A stretch of 64,000 bases of DNA from Felis catus. Lineage: Eukaryota. Below, one piece after another: positions 11,486 to 25,030 of the stretch (positions are counted from its first letter, which is position 1; every line of letters starts with the position of its first letter). The translations under genes and the position numbers were made by a program. Below the pieces are notes generated by a model. The model ran no database searches, had not been told where the DNA came from, and worked only from the letters and a program-made list of their open reading frames with translations. The stretch spans positions 27,096,001 through 27,160,000 of the forward strand of contig NC_058369.1 in NCBI RefSeq assembly GCF_018350175.1, written 5' to 3'.

Positions 11486-13259
11486 AAGAAGGCTACTCTC
11501 TGGACCCCAAGAGATTCACCCAATATGCAGAGGTCTTACTTCTCTACTCTGGAACACTGAGGGTTCTTAGCTCTGCTAGTGATGGCAGTAGGTCTGTTGT
11601 GATGCTGCAGAGAACTGGGGTGAAGTGAGGCTAGAGAAAATGCCACTAGTTAGTTCTAGAGCCAGGTAGAAGAGAAGGTAAGGTGAGTCTACTGGACTTT
11701 GGGAGCCAGGGTTTCAAGAAGGATAACCATGTCAGAGGAAAAGCATAACCTGGCCCCTTTCTCAAGTCTGGGACTCTCAGCAAAGCAGGAGCCAGAGGTA
11801 CAGACAGGTTCAGAAGAGTTTGAATCTGAGTGAACAAGAACAATGAACCGGCAAGAATCATGGTCTCTCTGAGGAGATAGGGCTCTCTGTATAAAGAGGA
11901 TGGCTTTGGGCTTCTGGTCTGACTTCATTTCATAGTAGTAGGCATTGTCCAGAAAAGCTGGCAAATGTTGAAACCTGGAACCTACTTCTTTCCAATCTCC
12001 AAGCAAGGGCAGCTTAGCTGCAGAGTGTGAGAGTAATCTTACCCTAGAGGGTTGGGAGGTGATGCTGATCAAAGCATCGCTTTTTGTTTGATTGATTTTT
12101 TTGTTTGTTTGTTGTTGTTTTTTAATTCAAGCCTGTTCTTTAGTCTTTTGTTTTTTGTTTCTGATTCAAGCCCGTTTTAAGTGTTAGTCCTGCCCTGATC
12201 ATGTGCTCGAATTCTCAAAAAGGAGCCCCTCCTCCACTTAGCCTGGTGAGTTCGTCCCAGGCAGAACAGTTCCTTGGTTCATTTCTGAAACTTAAAACCT
12301 CCTCACGGTTCCTGACATGAAAGTGACGACTGCATGCATGAACAATCATGGTCAGTGTAACCAAGCCTCCGTCTCTACTTCAGCTGCCAAAGCCAGGGTC
12401 TATTTCACTTTTGTGTCTCAATCCCATCACCATACTCTGTCTGGAACACTCTCTTCTTCAAGATTTAGTTCCTGCCAAGGTGTGAGCCATTTTGCTGCCT
12501 CTAACCCTCCTTTCAGGAAGTGACTCTCAGTGACAGTTTTCTGGATATCCCTAACTGCCTGATACCTTGAGTTTTCTCTCCCTTTCCTACTTTTCCTCAG
12601 TGACCCGCAGACCTCTCTGACACTTTGCCTTCTAAACTCATCAGGAGCATCGTTACAGGTACCTGGCAGGCCCTCTGACTCTCCTTGCCCCCTGGGTCTG
12701 CAAACATCTGATGTGACCCCCAGTCAGCCAGCCCCTGGTCTGTCAAGTCCATTCAAATGGGACACAGTCTAATGTGGTGAATTCAGTAATAGAGTCACAA
12801 CATTTAAACTGACGTTTCTGTTCAGGCTCCCATAGTGAAGTGACCCTATAAATTAACAATTTTCCTCAGCTCACATCCTCTGCCCAAGATTGATGAGTCA
12901 TATTTATTCTCAACATTAACAGATCTTTTCAAATAGAAGCATCAGAATTCACAACTGTGCTCTGTTCTATGACCCATGGTTTGCGCAGAAAAGAATTTCA
13001 TATAAAGAAATTCCAAGGCCAACTTTTAGAATAGGTCAATGCATGCAATTTCAAGACACATTTGTTTGAGAGAGTAGGAAGAGCATAGGAAATAAGAACA
13101 AAGGAGAGAGAATTCCCTCTAACGGTGCTTTCTTGAACTGATTTCACGAGAAGATATTTCACCTGTTGAATAGCAGTGGCAGGACTGGGCAGGGAGTGAA
13201 TGAGTCGTCAGTGCCATGGAAAACCAGGTCCAAGCATTCAGGAAAAGATCTCATTCAAT

Positions 13260-13510
13260 TTAGCAACCTTGTAGAATGGTTAAGAGCTTGAATTCTGGGG
13301 ACTCTCTGAGTTCCTATCGCTGTTAGGTGCTAGTTGTGTGACCATGGACAGTGTATTGAACCTCTTTGTGCCCCAATTTTCTCGATAATAAAAGTGGGAT
13401 GATAATAGTACCTCACTTACAGGAGTATGAGGATTAAATTATTTGTAAATTATAAATGTTCAAGCACAGAGAATGGCACTGCAAATGGCAGCCTTGGCTA
13501 TTACTGTCAT
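13260..13510 (+). mobile_element. MIR
   Basis: TGTAGAATGGTTAAGAGC...TAGTTGTGTGACC...GGGATGATAATAGTACCTCAC...GAGGATTAAAT. Confidence 0.88.
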
Positions 13511-13619
13511 CATTACTTTACCCTCACCATCTCTAGTGGTCACTCTAGACCATGCCACAGTCACCCATCACTTGGAATATGGTGTTTGTTGGACAATAAC
13601 ACTGCAACAGACTCCTAAT

Positions 13620-14015
13620 TTGTCACTTAGCATCTGCCTGTGCCTCACTTAAAGTCTTTCTCCTCACTGTGTCCCAAGTGACCTTTTACAAAAGTAGATC
13701 TGATTACATCACTTCCAGATGAAAACCCTTAGAGTGGGTGCCCATAACTCTTGAATTGAATCCATACTCCTTTGTTCAAATGGCACTATTATTTAAAGGA
13801 GTCAATCTACATTTGACTTCATGATCCTAACCAGTCTCAATGAACTAATTAATCATGTGATCATTTAATGTCTGCCTAATTACACTATGACCTCCATAAT
13901 CTAGTGGGGGAAGAGTTTTCTATTCCATCTCTAGTGCCCAGCACACTGCCTGCCACTTGTGCTCAGTAACTATTTGTTGAGATAGCCACTAAGTATATTT
14001 GTTGAAAGAATGGAT
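13620..14015 (+). mobile_element. L2 3' fragment
   Basis: TCTGATTACATCACTTCC...CTAGTGCCCAGCACACTGCCTG...GCTCAGTAACTATTTGTTGA. Confidence 0.75.
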
Positions 14016-15869
14016 GTCATAAAGTATAGAGGCAGTATGAGACAATTTTGTTATGTGATGTAATTGAAATTTCACTTGTGGTTGTGTCTCACACAGTTTT
14101 GATGTAAACTTTAATTCCCTTTAAATGTCACATAATGGGGTGGAATGGAGAGAAAAGACAGATATCAGAAGGTAAGAAGAGTCACAGAAGCAAATTACAC
14201 TATTGAAAAACAAAATAGCTCCGTATTAACATTTGAAGGATATGATTTTGAGAATTTAGTGTTAGAGGATTTTTTTTTTCTTTTGGCCAAGTTTCTAACG
14301 TGTTTTGAATTTTAGGTCTGCCAGTGATGTTTTATGGTAAAGGCATTTTCTTTTATTTTCTGCATATTTTTTAAAGCTTTAGTGTCTATGTAGTTATCTC
14401 TCAAATATAACTCTATTCCTGGCATAAATAGGGAAAAACATTTAGACCAAATTATTTTTTTACCACACAAATAACCAGCACCCTCTTCCTGGAGATTATA
14501 GAAACTCCTCAGTTTTGTCTTGTATTTATATGTTAGAGTTTTGCCTAACAGTGATATCCACCATCTCATTCATACACTCATTCACTTATTCAATAAAGAT
14601 TTACTAAGTGTCCTGTGGGCTGACCACTGTGTTAGGTTGGGCTAAACTCACATTTAGGGTACAAAGCAGATCTTAATGGGTGACTCATAGAAAGTGACAA
14701 TATTTTTTTTGCCATCAATTCAAAATGTGCTGCAACTTGTAAATTCCCTGTGCTCTCTTAATATTTTAAAGCTTAAATTGATCACACTAATCAGTGTGTG
14801 TGTGAGTGTGTGTGTGTTGGGGAGGCTAGAAGAAATGTCGGTTCCCTCTTTGGACTGAAACTATAAGGTACACTGTTTAGCGGTGTCAATGGTGACCACA
14901 TCGTCTAGAGGAGCATAAAGTGCAGCTGTTTCCCTTCCCCTTGAATTGTTTCCTAAGAGAAAGAGCTGACTCAGTTTCTTTCAGCTCTAACCCTTTGGAC
15001 ACAGATATGCTGAAACCCAAGATTTTGTAAATTTGGGAGGAGTGGAAAAAATAATTGCTCTTACCTTTAGTACTTTAGAAAACCCTCAAGTGCATAATAC
15101 AGACCTCTGATCTAGAATAAACGATGCTTAAATCTATCATCTCAATGTTACAGCTGTCTCCAGACTACTCCCTTGGCCTTGACTCCTGATGACTTTAGGC
15201 AGTGCTGAACTGAGTTATCCCCTTGCTGGTGAGGGCATTTCTTGCTTAAATGCATGGTGGAAATTGTCAAAAACCCTTCTTGCCCTATTCTCTCATCTTA
15301 TGCCCCAATGTAACTTGAACCACAGTAGAGTTTTGTTGAAACACTGCTTGCCAAGCAGCCAGAGTAGATAATGAGCATCTTGTGGGGAGCCTTGTGTGGT
15401 GAAGAAGTTGAGGAGAATAATTTTCAGTAAGTGAAGCTGGGCATGTGGATTAGCCCACCTGCATTCCAGCCCACCAGCACAACCAAGCATAGCCAAGGGC
15501 AGAGCTCAGTGCTCGACAGTCTTTAGCATCCCCAAGAATCTCCTGTGGACCTTACTGGTTCGAATCACCAGTGGCATCATCACCCCACCTGATGGGGCTG
15601 ACTTGGGAGCAAGCACCTCAGTATGGGAAGTGGGGTCTTCTCTAAAGGTAGTTTATTTTATTTTAGTTATTTTATCATAATGTATGTTATATATTTATTT
15701 TATATCAATATGTATTATTTATTATTTATATATTATTAAATAATGTAAATATATATAATTTATATATTTTATTTGTTATTTATTTATTTATTTGCTTTGG
15801 CTGTCAGGAAGCTGATGATAGTAATGGGAATCCCACTTTTTATTTTGACGTACTCATTTCAGTCAATGA

Positions 15870-16110
15870 GAGACAGCATCGCACAGTGGTTCAGAGCATC
15901 GCACAGAGCCAGACCCCGCTTCAAATACTGGCTTCCCACCACTGGTTTGTGACCTCATGCACCTCATTACCCTTTCTTGGCCTCTTACCCTTAGTTTTCA
16001 AATTACTAAAACTGGAATAGTAGTCAAGGATCATAGAACCATGTCAGAATCAAATGAAGTAATATATGAAAAGTGCTTAGAGTAGTGCCTGGCACATAGT
16101 TAACACCTGT
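15870..16110 (+). mobile_element. MIR
   Basis: GCACAGTGGTTCAGAGC...TGTGACCT...AAAGTGCTTAGAGTAGTGCCTGGCACATAG. Confidence 0.85.
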
Positions 16111-16144
16111 GCATTAATTTATTTTTTTATTATGTGTGTGTTAT

Positions 16145-16290
16145 TATTACTCCTCACAACAATTCTGTGTTATTCTATTATAAGCCTTGGGCTAGAAAAA
16201 ACGAATTCAGGAAGAGTTAGTAACTTGCCTGAATTCTCCCATTAGTGCAGTTTCTGGGGTCCACTCTCTGCCTCAATCCACGTCTTTTGA
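16145..16290 (-). mobile_element. MIR fragment
   Basis: TCCTCACAACAATTCTGTG...GTTAGTAACTTGCCTGA. Confidence 0.6.
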
Positions 16291-18039
16291 CTGTTCCAGC
16301 AGCTCACAATGTTTTCTGTGTTGTCAGAGATAAAGCTAATGCTTATCCCCCTGTATTAACCAATGTACTTGTAATATTTGTATTCCCACCCTCTCAGTAT
16401 GGTTTTTTAGATCCCCTTTCCATTGCTTTTTGATTGCATTATCTTATACATCTCTTAGTATAAGCTGCCACATATGATTTTTGAAAAGGGCAGAGAATAA
16501 TTTTCAAGTAAAATAAACATATCAAGACAAATATTCAGCATGTGGGTCTGTTGCCCAAGCAAGTAGCCATGTAAGTGCATTATGACTGACAGGAAAAGTG
16601 TGTCATTGAATGAGACCCAGGGCAAACATGCCAGTATTTTGGGAGAAGCTCCTCTCTCCAGAGAACTAAGAAAAACAGTTTGCTGAGTAAATCCAGTGTC
16701 ATCTGTTTCCACTGTACCGGATTTACCAACAAAACTTCACGAATTATATAGAATGACAAAGAATAAGAGGCTGTATTTTTCTTGAATGCGTAAAAATTGG
16801 AGGCAGAAACTGTGGTTCAGCCGACTTGATAATTGGCTGAAACTTGGATATTGATTGAGTCTAGTTCCTGCAGAGATTCCCCCCCCCCCCTCGCCAACCC
16901 CTTACAAAGTAAGGAAAGTAGGTCAGAGCAGAGAGCATGGCTGGAATGCATAACAAGTTGCTAAGAAGTAGAAGCTAAAATGATTTAGCAAAGACTGTGG
17001 TAAGAACGGCTTACCAATTCATGAAAGCATAGAACGTCTGTTTCTGTATCATCATCCCTATTGCCTCTAATCCGAAGGATAGAGACACACACCAGAAATC
17101 ATCTCTAGTCCTTTTGGTCTTTGTCATGAAGCTCACAGTTTTCCCTTCCTTATGGGGATCCTCACCTTTTCTTCTTTTCCGGACAACAACTGATTGTTTC
17201 CTGCTGCTTCAAACCTCAGGAAACACTTTTATGAGGCCACAGAGCTGAAGTGTACTTTCTGGGATTCTCTAAGACTGCAACCTACACCAAAAGAGCCAGT
17301 CTTCCATCAGGACCCCTGAAAATGCGGGTCACTAGAATCACGGCAAGAAGTTAGTGTGCCTGGCATGCTGTGGCCATGACCCTACCCCAGCCTCTCAGCC
17401 TCTGCACTGCTGACCAACAGGGATCTGCAAACATTCTGACAGCTGCTACATGTGTAGAGTCTGTTTGGGGAATGATACAGACCTCATCCCAGGAAGGAGC
17501 TGTCCAACAGTCTGCACAGCTGTCTCTAATAATTTGGGAAACAGCCCCTTCAATCTAGGCTTGCTATGAGCCAATCAGTAGCAGGAGCTTTTTAATTCCA
17601 GAACAAATACACGTGATGTGGAGCAACAATGGGCCTTTGGCTATGCCATGCTGAGCATGGATCTTGCCAGAGCAGTGCTTTCAGGGCCTGGGGGTCCCCC
17701 TGCATTCCCCAGCTCAGTCACTTAAAACGAACTGTTATATTGGATAGACTAGAATTTTTGTTTGTTCCACAGGAAGATTCCTTTTTATTTCTCCTTGAAG
17801 CAGTGTCATGAAAGTTCCCAGATACTCTGGAAAAGCTAATTTCCATTTCAGTGTGGCAGAGGGGGTTGTTTCTGTGAGATCCTGATAGGGTTAAAATTTA
17901 AAAGCTGGAAAAAACCCTAAATAATAAACAATGGGGCAATAGTTTTATGTCACAGATAAATATTAGCTGGTATAATGTGAACAGAAAATAATAGAATACA
18001 GTCTTCATCTTCTAGGAAGCCTGGAAGAAATCAATTAAA

Positions 18040-18735
18040 ATGCAGTCAGCATCTACCGTGTGCCAGGTGATACTAAATTGTCTCATTTAGTACTTACAGC
18101 AAGGCCTATGGAAAATATACTATTATTACCTTTAGTCTGCAGATTAGGGAATTGAGGCTTAAAGAGATGAAGCAATTTGCTTAGAATCATCATATCGTGT
18201 CATGGAATCATTGTTACCTCATGCTAACAACATATTGTATTTAAAACAAACATTTATTGTTTGCCATAATTCTGTGGTTTGGCTGCAATTCTTCTGGACT
18301 GGGACCACATGGAGAGGGCTGGATGGTTGAGGATGACCTCGCTCTCATCTCTGAGCCTTCACTGGGACAGTCATGTGGTCACTCATTCTCCAGGAGGCTA
18401 ACCAAGGCTTGTTCACGTGGTGGTGAGGAGTTCTCAGACACAAGAGAGGCCAAACCAAACATCCGAGCATTTTTCAAGTCTCTGCTGGTGTCATGCTTGA
18501 TAATGTGCTATTGGTCAAAATAAGCTATATCAGGCCAAATCTTGATTCAAGGAGTGGAGAAATAGATTTCACCTCTTGATTTAAAGAATGACATGGTTAC
18601 GTTGCAAGAGGGCATATGTACAGGGATGGGAAAAATTTGTGGCCATTTGCAATCCATCCTATTCACAAAATCAGTAAGTGGCCAAGCTGTTTTTATGATT
18701 AAGGTAGTCATATTGTAAAGCCATTCTTCACTCCC
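18040..18735 (-). mobile_element. MIR interrupted by an MLT1 LTR
   Basis: MIR antisense 18040-18195 (GCAGATTAGGGAATTGAGGCTTAAAGAGATGAAGCAATTTGC) resumes at about 18668 (CAGTAAGTGGCCAAGCTG). Confidence 0.75.
18200..18667 (-). mobile_element. MLT1-type MaLR LTR
   Basis: TTAAAACAAACATTTATT...GGAGTGGAGAAATAGATTTCACCTCTTGAT...TTGTGGCCATTTGCAATC. Confidence 0.85.
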
Positions 18736-19284
18736 AAAACATGTTGTAATGACCTTTGGAGATCTCAGTGCTCTGGTGTATATTTTTTTTTCAGTTTTAC
18801 AATGAGCATGAATTACTCTGAGAATTAATGTAAGTTAAAAAAACTATTATGAATGCATCTAGATGTTCTAGGCAATTGAATAAAAGACTGATGTCATAGC
18901 CACCCAACTTTAACTTCCTGTTAGCATGTCTCCTGGTTTGCCAACCTCTGAGGTGTCCACAGACGGGACCACAGACTCTCAGCAGTGGCTCTGAATTATG
19001 GCACAATACCTGACATGTACTCTTTTAGAAATGGCAGAGAAGAAGCCATTTGATTCCCATCCAAGTTTCTCATGTGGGCCAAACCCATGTCATTCGAGCA
19101 GTTCTCTGCAGTATAATTGTCCTGTCACCATTGGAATGCAAAGAAATAGCCAACGAACCTGAAAAGATGTGACTAATTGCCTCCTGCATCCATTAGGCTT
19201 TGGGAGGCTGAGTTTAGAAACAGCCACAGACTGATCCTCAAGTTGTGTGCACTTAAACTACTCTATAAATATAAGTGGTGGGTT

Positions 19285-19685
19285 CATACATTTATCCATT
19301 CCTTCTTCAAATATTTATTGAGTGCCCACCATGTGCCTAGCACTGGGCCAGGTGCTGAGGATCCAGTGCTGAACAGGACTGATATAATCCCTAGCCTCAT
19401 GGAGCCTCCATTCTAATGAGGGAAATAGTTAACAAGTCAACAGATAATAGACGACACAACTACATAGTTGAAGGTCGTGAGGTGGAAAGCCACCAAGGCA
19501 GCCACTGTGGATTGAATAGTGAGGGAGGGTCTCTCTGAAGAGAATAATAGAGTAAAAACTTGAAGGATGGGAATGAGCTGATGCAATGAAGCGCAGGGGA
19601 CAGAGCATTTCAGGAGAGAGAAAAGCAAACGCAAAGGTCTAGAATGTGAAGGCCTGCCTGCTGTGTTGGAGAAACAGAGAGCAGG
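19285..19685 (-). mobile_element. L2 3' fragment
   Basis: TTCAAATATTTATTGAGTGCCCACCATGTGCCTAGCACTGGGCCAGGTGCTGAGGAT... Confidence 0.92.
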
Positions 19686-20751
19686 CTTTGTGCTTCTCCC
19701 CTTCTCCACCACTTCCCCGCCTCAGGGGGTGCAGTGATTCTATAAGAAAACAGAGGGCCAAAGCAAGCAAAGTTAATGAAAATATGGCAGACAAAAGTAT
19801 CAGTTTTTTTATGAGAAATGCAACTTACAATCAAAATAGTATTTCTTCACATCTTTGACAATTTGTGCTATCAGAATCAGTATTCATGAGAAGGGTGATC
19901 ATTTCTTGATTAAAAATCTCATACCTAAGTGTGATTCTAATATATTAGTGAATGCCTATGGGAGCCATTTTCGATTAAATGGTACTGAATATATCTGTAT
20001 GTGATTGTCACTCAGTAATTATCTAGAGTAAAATCATGTGCTATGAACACTTAAATTTGAAACTGGGTGAAAATATAAAAATTATAGCTTGATTTTTTTT
20101 GTCCTAAAAAGCATTAGGATCTCTTCAAAGAATTTTTCTTGACATACAATATTTACCAAAGTATATTTTTGTTGTCTTCCTGCTTCCATAATTGTTCTGT
20201 CCCTTGTCAGTGAACAGAGAATCTGCTTTACTTCTTCTTTCAAACATCCGTGCCATTTTATTTTAGATTTACAAAATGCCATTGATTCCACAAATATTTA
20301 TTGGGTATAGCCCTAATTGCCCTGTCACCAGCCCTGGGCTAGGTGTTGGGAATACAGAGACGAGTAGGGCAGAATGTTTATCCTCTTGGACATGCCATTA
20401 TGTGCCTCTTAGGGCAAGCCTTCCAATTACAAATAGACAATTTAAAATTTGTTACTCTCTAAAATTCTTCAATATTATAGAACTAGCTATGACAGCAGTT
20501 TATCCCTAAGCTTATGTGGTAAATAGGGAAATATAATTTTACCACTCATTCTCAGGGCCAAAAAAGAGAAAAAAAACCTGAAATGAAACCAAACTCTTGC
20601 CCAAACAAAAATTCCTCTGAAACCCTGTCCGCAAAGTGATGAGCGCCAGCATAGGTGCTGGTGGTCAGCAGGATGGAAGTCAAGGGTTGTTTCAGTGAGT
20701 GGGAGGGGTCTCACGGAGGGAGCTCTGCTAATGCTCTACAGACACTAAGCA

Positions 20752-20754
<3 letters not shown>

Positions 20755-20800
<46 letters not shown>
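20755..20800. repeat. (TG)n microsatellite
   Basis: Uninterrupted GT run. Confidence 0.98.
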
Positions 20801-20802
<2 letters not shown>

Positions 20803-21559
20803 CGGAACAGACAGCTGACTGGGGCTTTAGAATTTATTTCAGTCTCAGCCTCCAGACACGATATGAAATCTAGTTTCTAGAACTTCCACATCACGGAGGA
20901 GCAGAAACTAGGTTTCTAAGAGAACCAAACTACATGTTCCAAACCACTGGGGTCCCTATGGTATGAGCTGATTCATCACTCATTGGCCAGGTATGGCTGA
21001 CAGAGGAACATCTGTTAGTTGGCTTAGTTGGCAGAAGGCTGGGTCTTGGACTTAAGCTGAGCGCAAGTGCATGTATGTGTGTGTGCACGCGCGTGTGTGT
21101 GTGTATGTGTATGTGTGAGTGTGTGTGCGCCTGTGTGTATGTGTGTTGTTCTTCAATAAAATTTCTACCTTTGATGGGGCTACTGCCAAGAACAAAAATA
21201 GGTAAGATGAGGAACAAGTTCCTATTTGAATATAAGTGGATTGAATAATACATCTTTTTCTTAAAGGTATTGCTGCTATTGCTGTTGATTTTCCTTGAGA
21301 AAATTTCTCATTTTAGAGTGTTCAGTGTTAAGAGGCAGTATGAGAAAATTCATAATGTGCAATTAAGTAACTCACAAGGTCAGTCAACAAAAGAGAAAAT
21401 AAATTAGCTTCAAAAGTGTTTTTACTTGATGATAAAGTTTGGCCAAACTTTATTATTACAATCAAATGCTCAATGGTTGCTAGATAGGTAATTTCTATAA
21501 TTTTAGTCCCAAATGGGAAAACTTTCATTGTGGGAGAATCATAAAATTGTGAGGAAAGA

Positions 21560-22138
21560 AAACTGCAGATACTATACAGTGAGAGATAAGATATTTCTTG
21601 ATAAAAAAAAAATACTGGTTATGAACCTCAAAATGTTGTACTGAATGAAAGAAGCTGTCACAAAGGGGTATATACTATATGATTCCCATTAGAAGGAATT
21701 CGAGAATAGGCCTAAGTTATCATTGTTTATAGAAACCAACTGGTGTCTCAGTGGCTCAGTTGGTTAAGCTTCTGACTTCAGCCCAGGTCATGATCTCACA
21801 GCTTGGAGCCTAGAAACGCTTCAGATTCTGTGTCCCTCTCTCTCTCTCTACTCCTCCTCCGCTTGCACTCTGTCAGTCTCAAAAACAAATAAACATTAAA
21901 AAAATTTTATATGAAAAAAAGAAATCCAGGGACTGACTGGAAAGGGACATGATGGAGCTTTCTGGAATGATGGAAATGCTCTATATCTGGGTTTGGGTGG
22001 TGGTTACACTTTAGATCTGTGCATTTTAATGTATGTAAATGATATCTCAATTAAAAATGAATAAAACTGAACTGAATACTTCAGATCTGTGCACTTTAAT
22101 GCATGTAAATTATACCTCAATTAAATATGAATAAAATT
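21560..22138 (+). mobile_element. Old L1 (L1ME/MC-type) 3' end
   Basis: ATGAACCTCAAAATGTTGTACTGAATGAAAGAAG...TACTATATGATTCC...CTGGAATGATGGAAATGCTCTATATCT...TGTAAATTATACCTCAAT. Confidence 0.88.
21741..21920 (+). mobile_element. Can-SINE with internal deletion, inserted in L1
   Basis: Head GTGGCTCAGTTGGTTAAG, missing the B-box segment, (CT)n and A tail present. Confidence 0.93.
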
Positions 22139-22474
22139 ACACACACACAAAGATTATCTGTTAAATATAGTTAGTCTCAAATTTTTTTTCCTAAATTGAT
22201 CCTCAGGCAAATCTATCGATCACTGCTGGTTTAAATATTTCTTTCTTTTACTTATTTGCCAAAATGACAATTCGATTGAATAAACATTAAGGCCTGCATA
22301 GCCTCGCAAATTTCCTAATTGTAACTGGTACTGGTGAACTGTGGTTTACATCTTAGGTCCTACTGACTGTTCCTTGTTTAGACAAGATGTCATTTAAAAC
22401 TCTCTTCGTTTTTTCATGTGTATGATGATTAAACTTACCTGGAGGTTGTTGTAAGATGAGATGGGGAAGTGTCA

Positions 22475-22620
22475 TCTGCAGGCTGGTAGCCTCAGTGTCA
22501 CTCAGGATCTTCTTAGAAATGCAAACTCTCAGGCCCCACACTGGACCTACTGAATCAGAATCTTTATTTTAACAAAATACCCAAGTAACTTGTATGCATA
22601 CTAAAGTTTTAGAAGCACTG
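22475..22620. mobile_element. MER5A-like hAT-Charlie element
   Basis: TTAGAAATGCAAACTCTCAGGCCCCAC...ACCTACTGAATCAGAATCT...AAAGTTTTAGAAGCACTG. Confidence 0.85.
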
Positions 22621-22974
22621 TCTTAAAATATATTGCAATCTTATTTGTGAGATACAAATATGACAAATTGTCATTAATACAGTGTCCATGGTGAAAACAT
22701 GGTCCCTGGCGTTTTGCATATGTGTTTCCCTGTTTTGCTGGGCCATTGGACTGAAACCACTCTGCTGCCACTGTGGATGACATCTCTGCAAAACGTGGCT
22801 GAGTAGGTTGCTGGTGGAGGGACCTCATGAATCAGAATGGAAGTTCTTCCAGGATCAGCCAACAGACTGCATTTCCGGGATATAGCTTCCTGTGCAACGA
22901 GAGTGGCCTAAGGTCTAGGTGAATGCAACACAAACTGTCAGACCCTGAGGATTTCTGCAGACTCTAAAGGCAGT

Positions 22975-23850
22975 CGTTGATTTTCTTATTCCCAAATCTC
23001 TTTTTAGCCAGTCTCACTAAGGGAGGTGCTGCCATCCACCCAGTCACTCAAGCCAGTCACCTCCAGGTGGTCCATAGTTCTACTCTTTCACTCTTTGATG
23101 ATCCCTATGTCTACCCAAATCAGCAGCAAGTCTCCCGAGGGAGTCTCCAAATTCTACCTTCAGCCTCTCTTGCTGTCTCCATTTTCACTGCCTCCCCACC
23201 GCTCTTACTGAAACTACTACCTCCTAGTGGCTCCACACTTCCTCTGCACATCCTCTAACCATTACAGCTCAAATCACTCCTCTTGTGAAAATCTCCCAGG
23301 CGTTTCCGTTATACTTAGAGTAAGTGCCAGACTCTACACCTGCACCTGGACAGACCCACAGGGTCTTGCCTAACCTGGCCTCTGCAGCTGCATGTTGCCC
23401 CTCTTTCCCGCTGTTCACTTGCCCCCAGCCTCTGTCTCTTTATTGGGTCTTAGGTGTGCTGTGCTCCATGCCTTTCTGCCTTGCAGATGCAGATCTCTTG
23501 TCTGGATGGCTCTCCTCCCTTTCATTGAATTCTTAGCTCATTTTAGTCCCTTGGGTCTCATTTAATCCCCACCTCCCCCAAGGTGCCTTCCTGGGAGTGC
23601 TCTACAGAAAGGAGTCCCTCTGTCAATTTCCATCTCAGCCCCTTGTTTCTCTCCTTCGTGGCACTTCATTACAAGTTGCAATCCTTCTGCATCTTTGCCT
23701 TTCTATTTTTATCTTCCCTTTTAGAATAGTAGAGCTCATGTCTGTATTGTTCAGTACTGTGTCCCCAGGTGAACCTTCATGCCTGGCACATGGTAGGTAC
23801 TTAATAGATACTGGCTAGGACTAACTGACTGACTACCTGAATGAATGGAC
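22975..23850 (+). mobile_element. L2 3' fragment
   Basis: CCATCCACCCAGTCACTCAAGCCAG...GCCTGGCACATGGTAGGTACTTAATA...TGAATGAATG. Confidence 0.9.
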
Positions 23851-24864
23851 GATTTATTCCTTTGCACAGCTGATGGCTGCTTAATTACGTGATGCTGTCT
23901 GGAATTTATCTCCCACTAAAGTACAACATGCCCACTTCTTAATTCTGAGCTCATCACCCTCACACTAGATTGCTGAATGTATTGTTAAAGTTCTCAGGAA
24001 AGCACTTAAAAAAGAAGAAAGAAAAGAAAGGAAAGCGGAATTCGTTTTTACAGAGTCTGTTTGCTCTGCATCCCCAGTCCTCCCATGACCTCGTCCTGCT
24101 TTTGGAAAGGGCGGTTCCTGGCAGTGGCTTCATCAATCTCTGGTCCCCGGACCCCTGCTGTTGGAAACTGCAGGAAACGCAAGCACAACATCACCTTTAA
24201 TTAGCAGGAGAGGAGCTTGCCTGATATGCACAGATAGTGCCTTGAAAATAAGCAACAAAAAATGTGAGGCAGGACTGGGTTCACGGAAAAGAACTAGGAA
24301 ATGAAAAAGAATAATTATCCTGTTTTAACATAATGTTGTTAATCTGTATTGCCCATTATCATCTAGAGTGTCTTGCCTATTGAAGTATGTGAGCTGTAGA
24401 GCTGCTCTTTGCTCCAGCAGTGTAGCTAACGTAAGGGACTGGCTCCCCATCCATCATCATAATTAGTTTGTCATAATTTTCTGCCCTTCTTGGCTCTGCA
24501 GTAAAAAGATAGAAGAGGCATTTAAAGTTACTCAGGAATTGTTCCCCAAATTTCCTCTCTGTTCTTTATGGGAACAGATAGCTGTATTTCTGCCCTATTT
24601 ATTTTATGTTTGGCCTGTGATAATGAAGTATATTTCATCTGGAAGTATATAGCTTTAATTTTCATGTTCTACTTGGAAACATCTCGCTGTTTCATTTTGT
24701 TTCAGCCTGTACAGTATATAAAGAGAGCCCACGCTTCTTTCTGAACTCACCCATCACCCACCAGAGTTAATTCTAGTTTCAAGACCAACATTATGACTTC
24801 ATGAGCTGACTGCATAATAGCAGGGACCGGTTCTGCGGTCCTTTAGAGTCTACAAAGTGCTGCC

Positions 24865-25030
24865 CTCGTCTTAGCTCTGAATTCTCACAACAGCTCTGGG
24901 GTGTACGAGGGGCAGGGGTTATCCACATGCTCCTGGTAAAGAATGAGGGGCGGCCAGGGCAACCGGCTTGCCCAGGGCCAGGCTGCTAGAGCAAGAGGGA
25001 CCTAGGGCTGGAATCCCGGCTCTCTAATTG
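24865..25030 (-). mobile_element. MIR fragment
   Basis: ATTCTCACAACAGCTCTG...GGCTTGCCCAGGGCCA...GGGCTGGAATCCCGG. Confidence 0.65.

Noticed and set aside
16814..16843. Hairpin GTTCAGCCGA...TTGGCTGAAAC as a small RNA
   Set aside because: Stem too short for a pre-miRNA and no supporting features.
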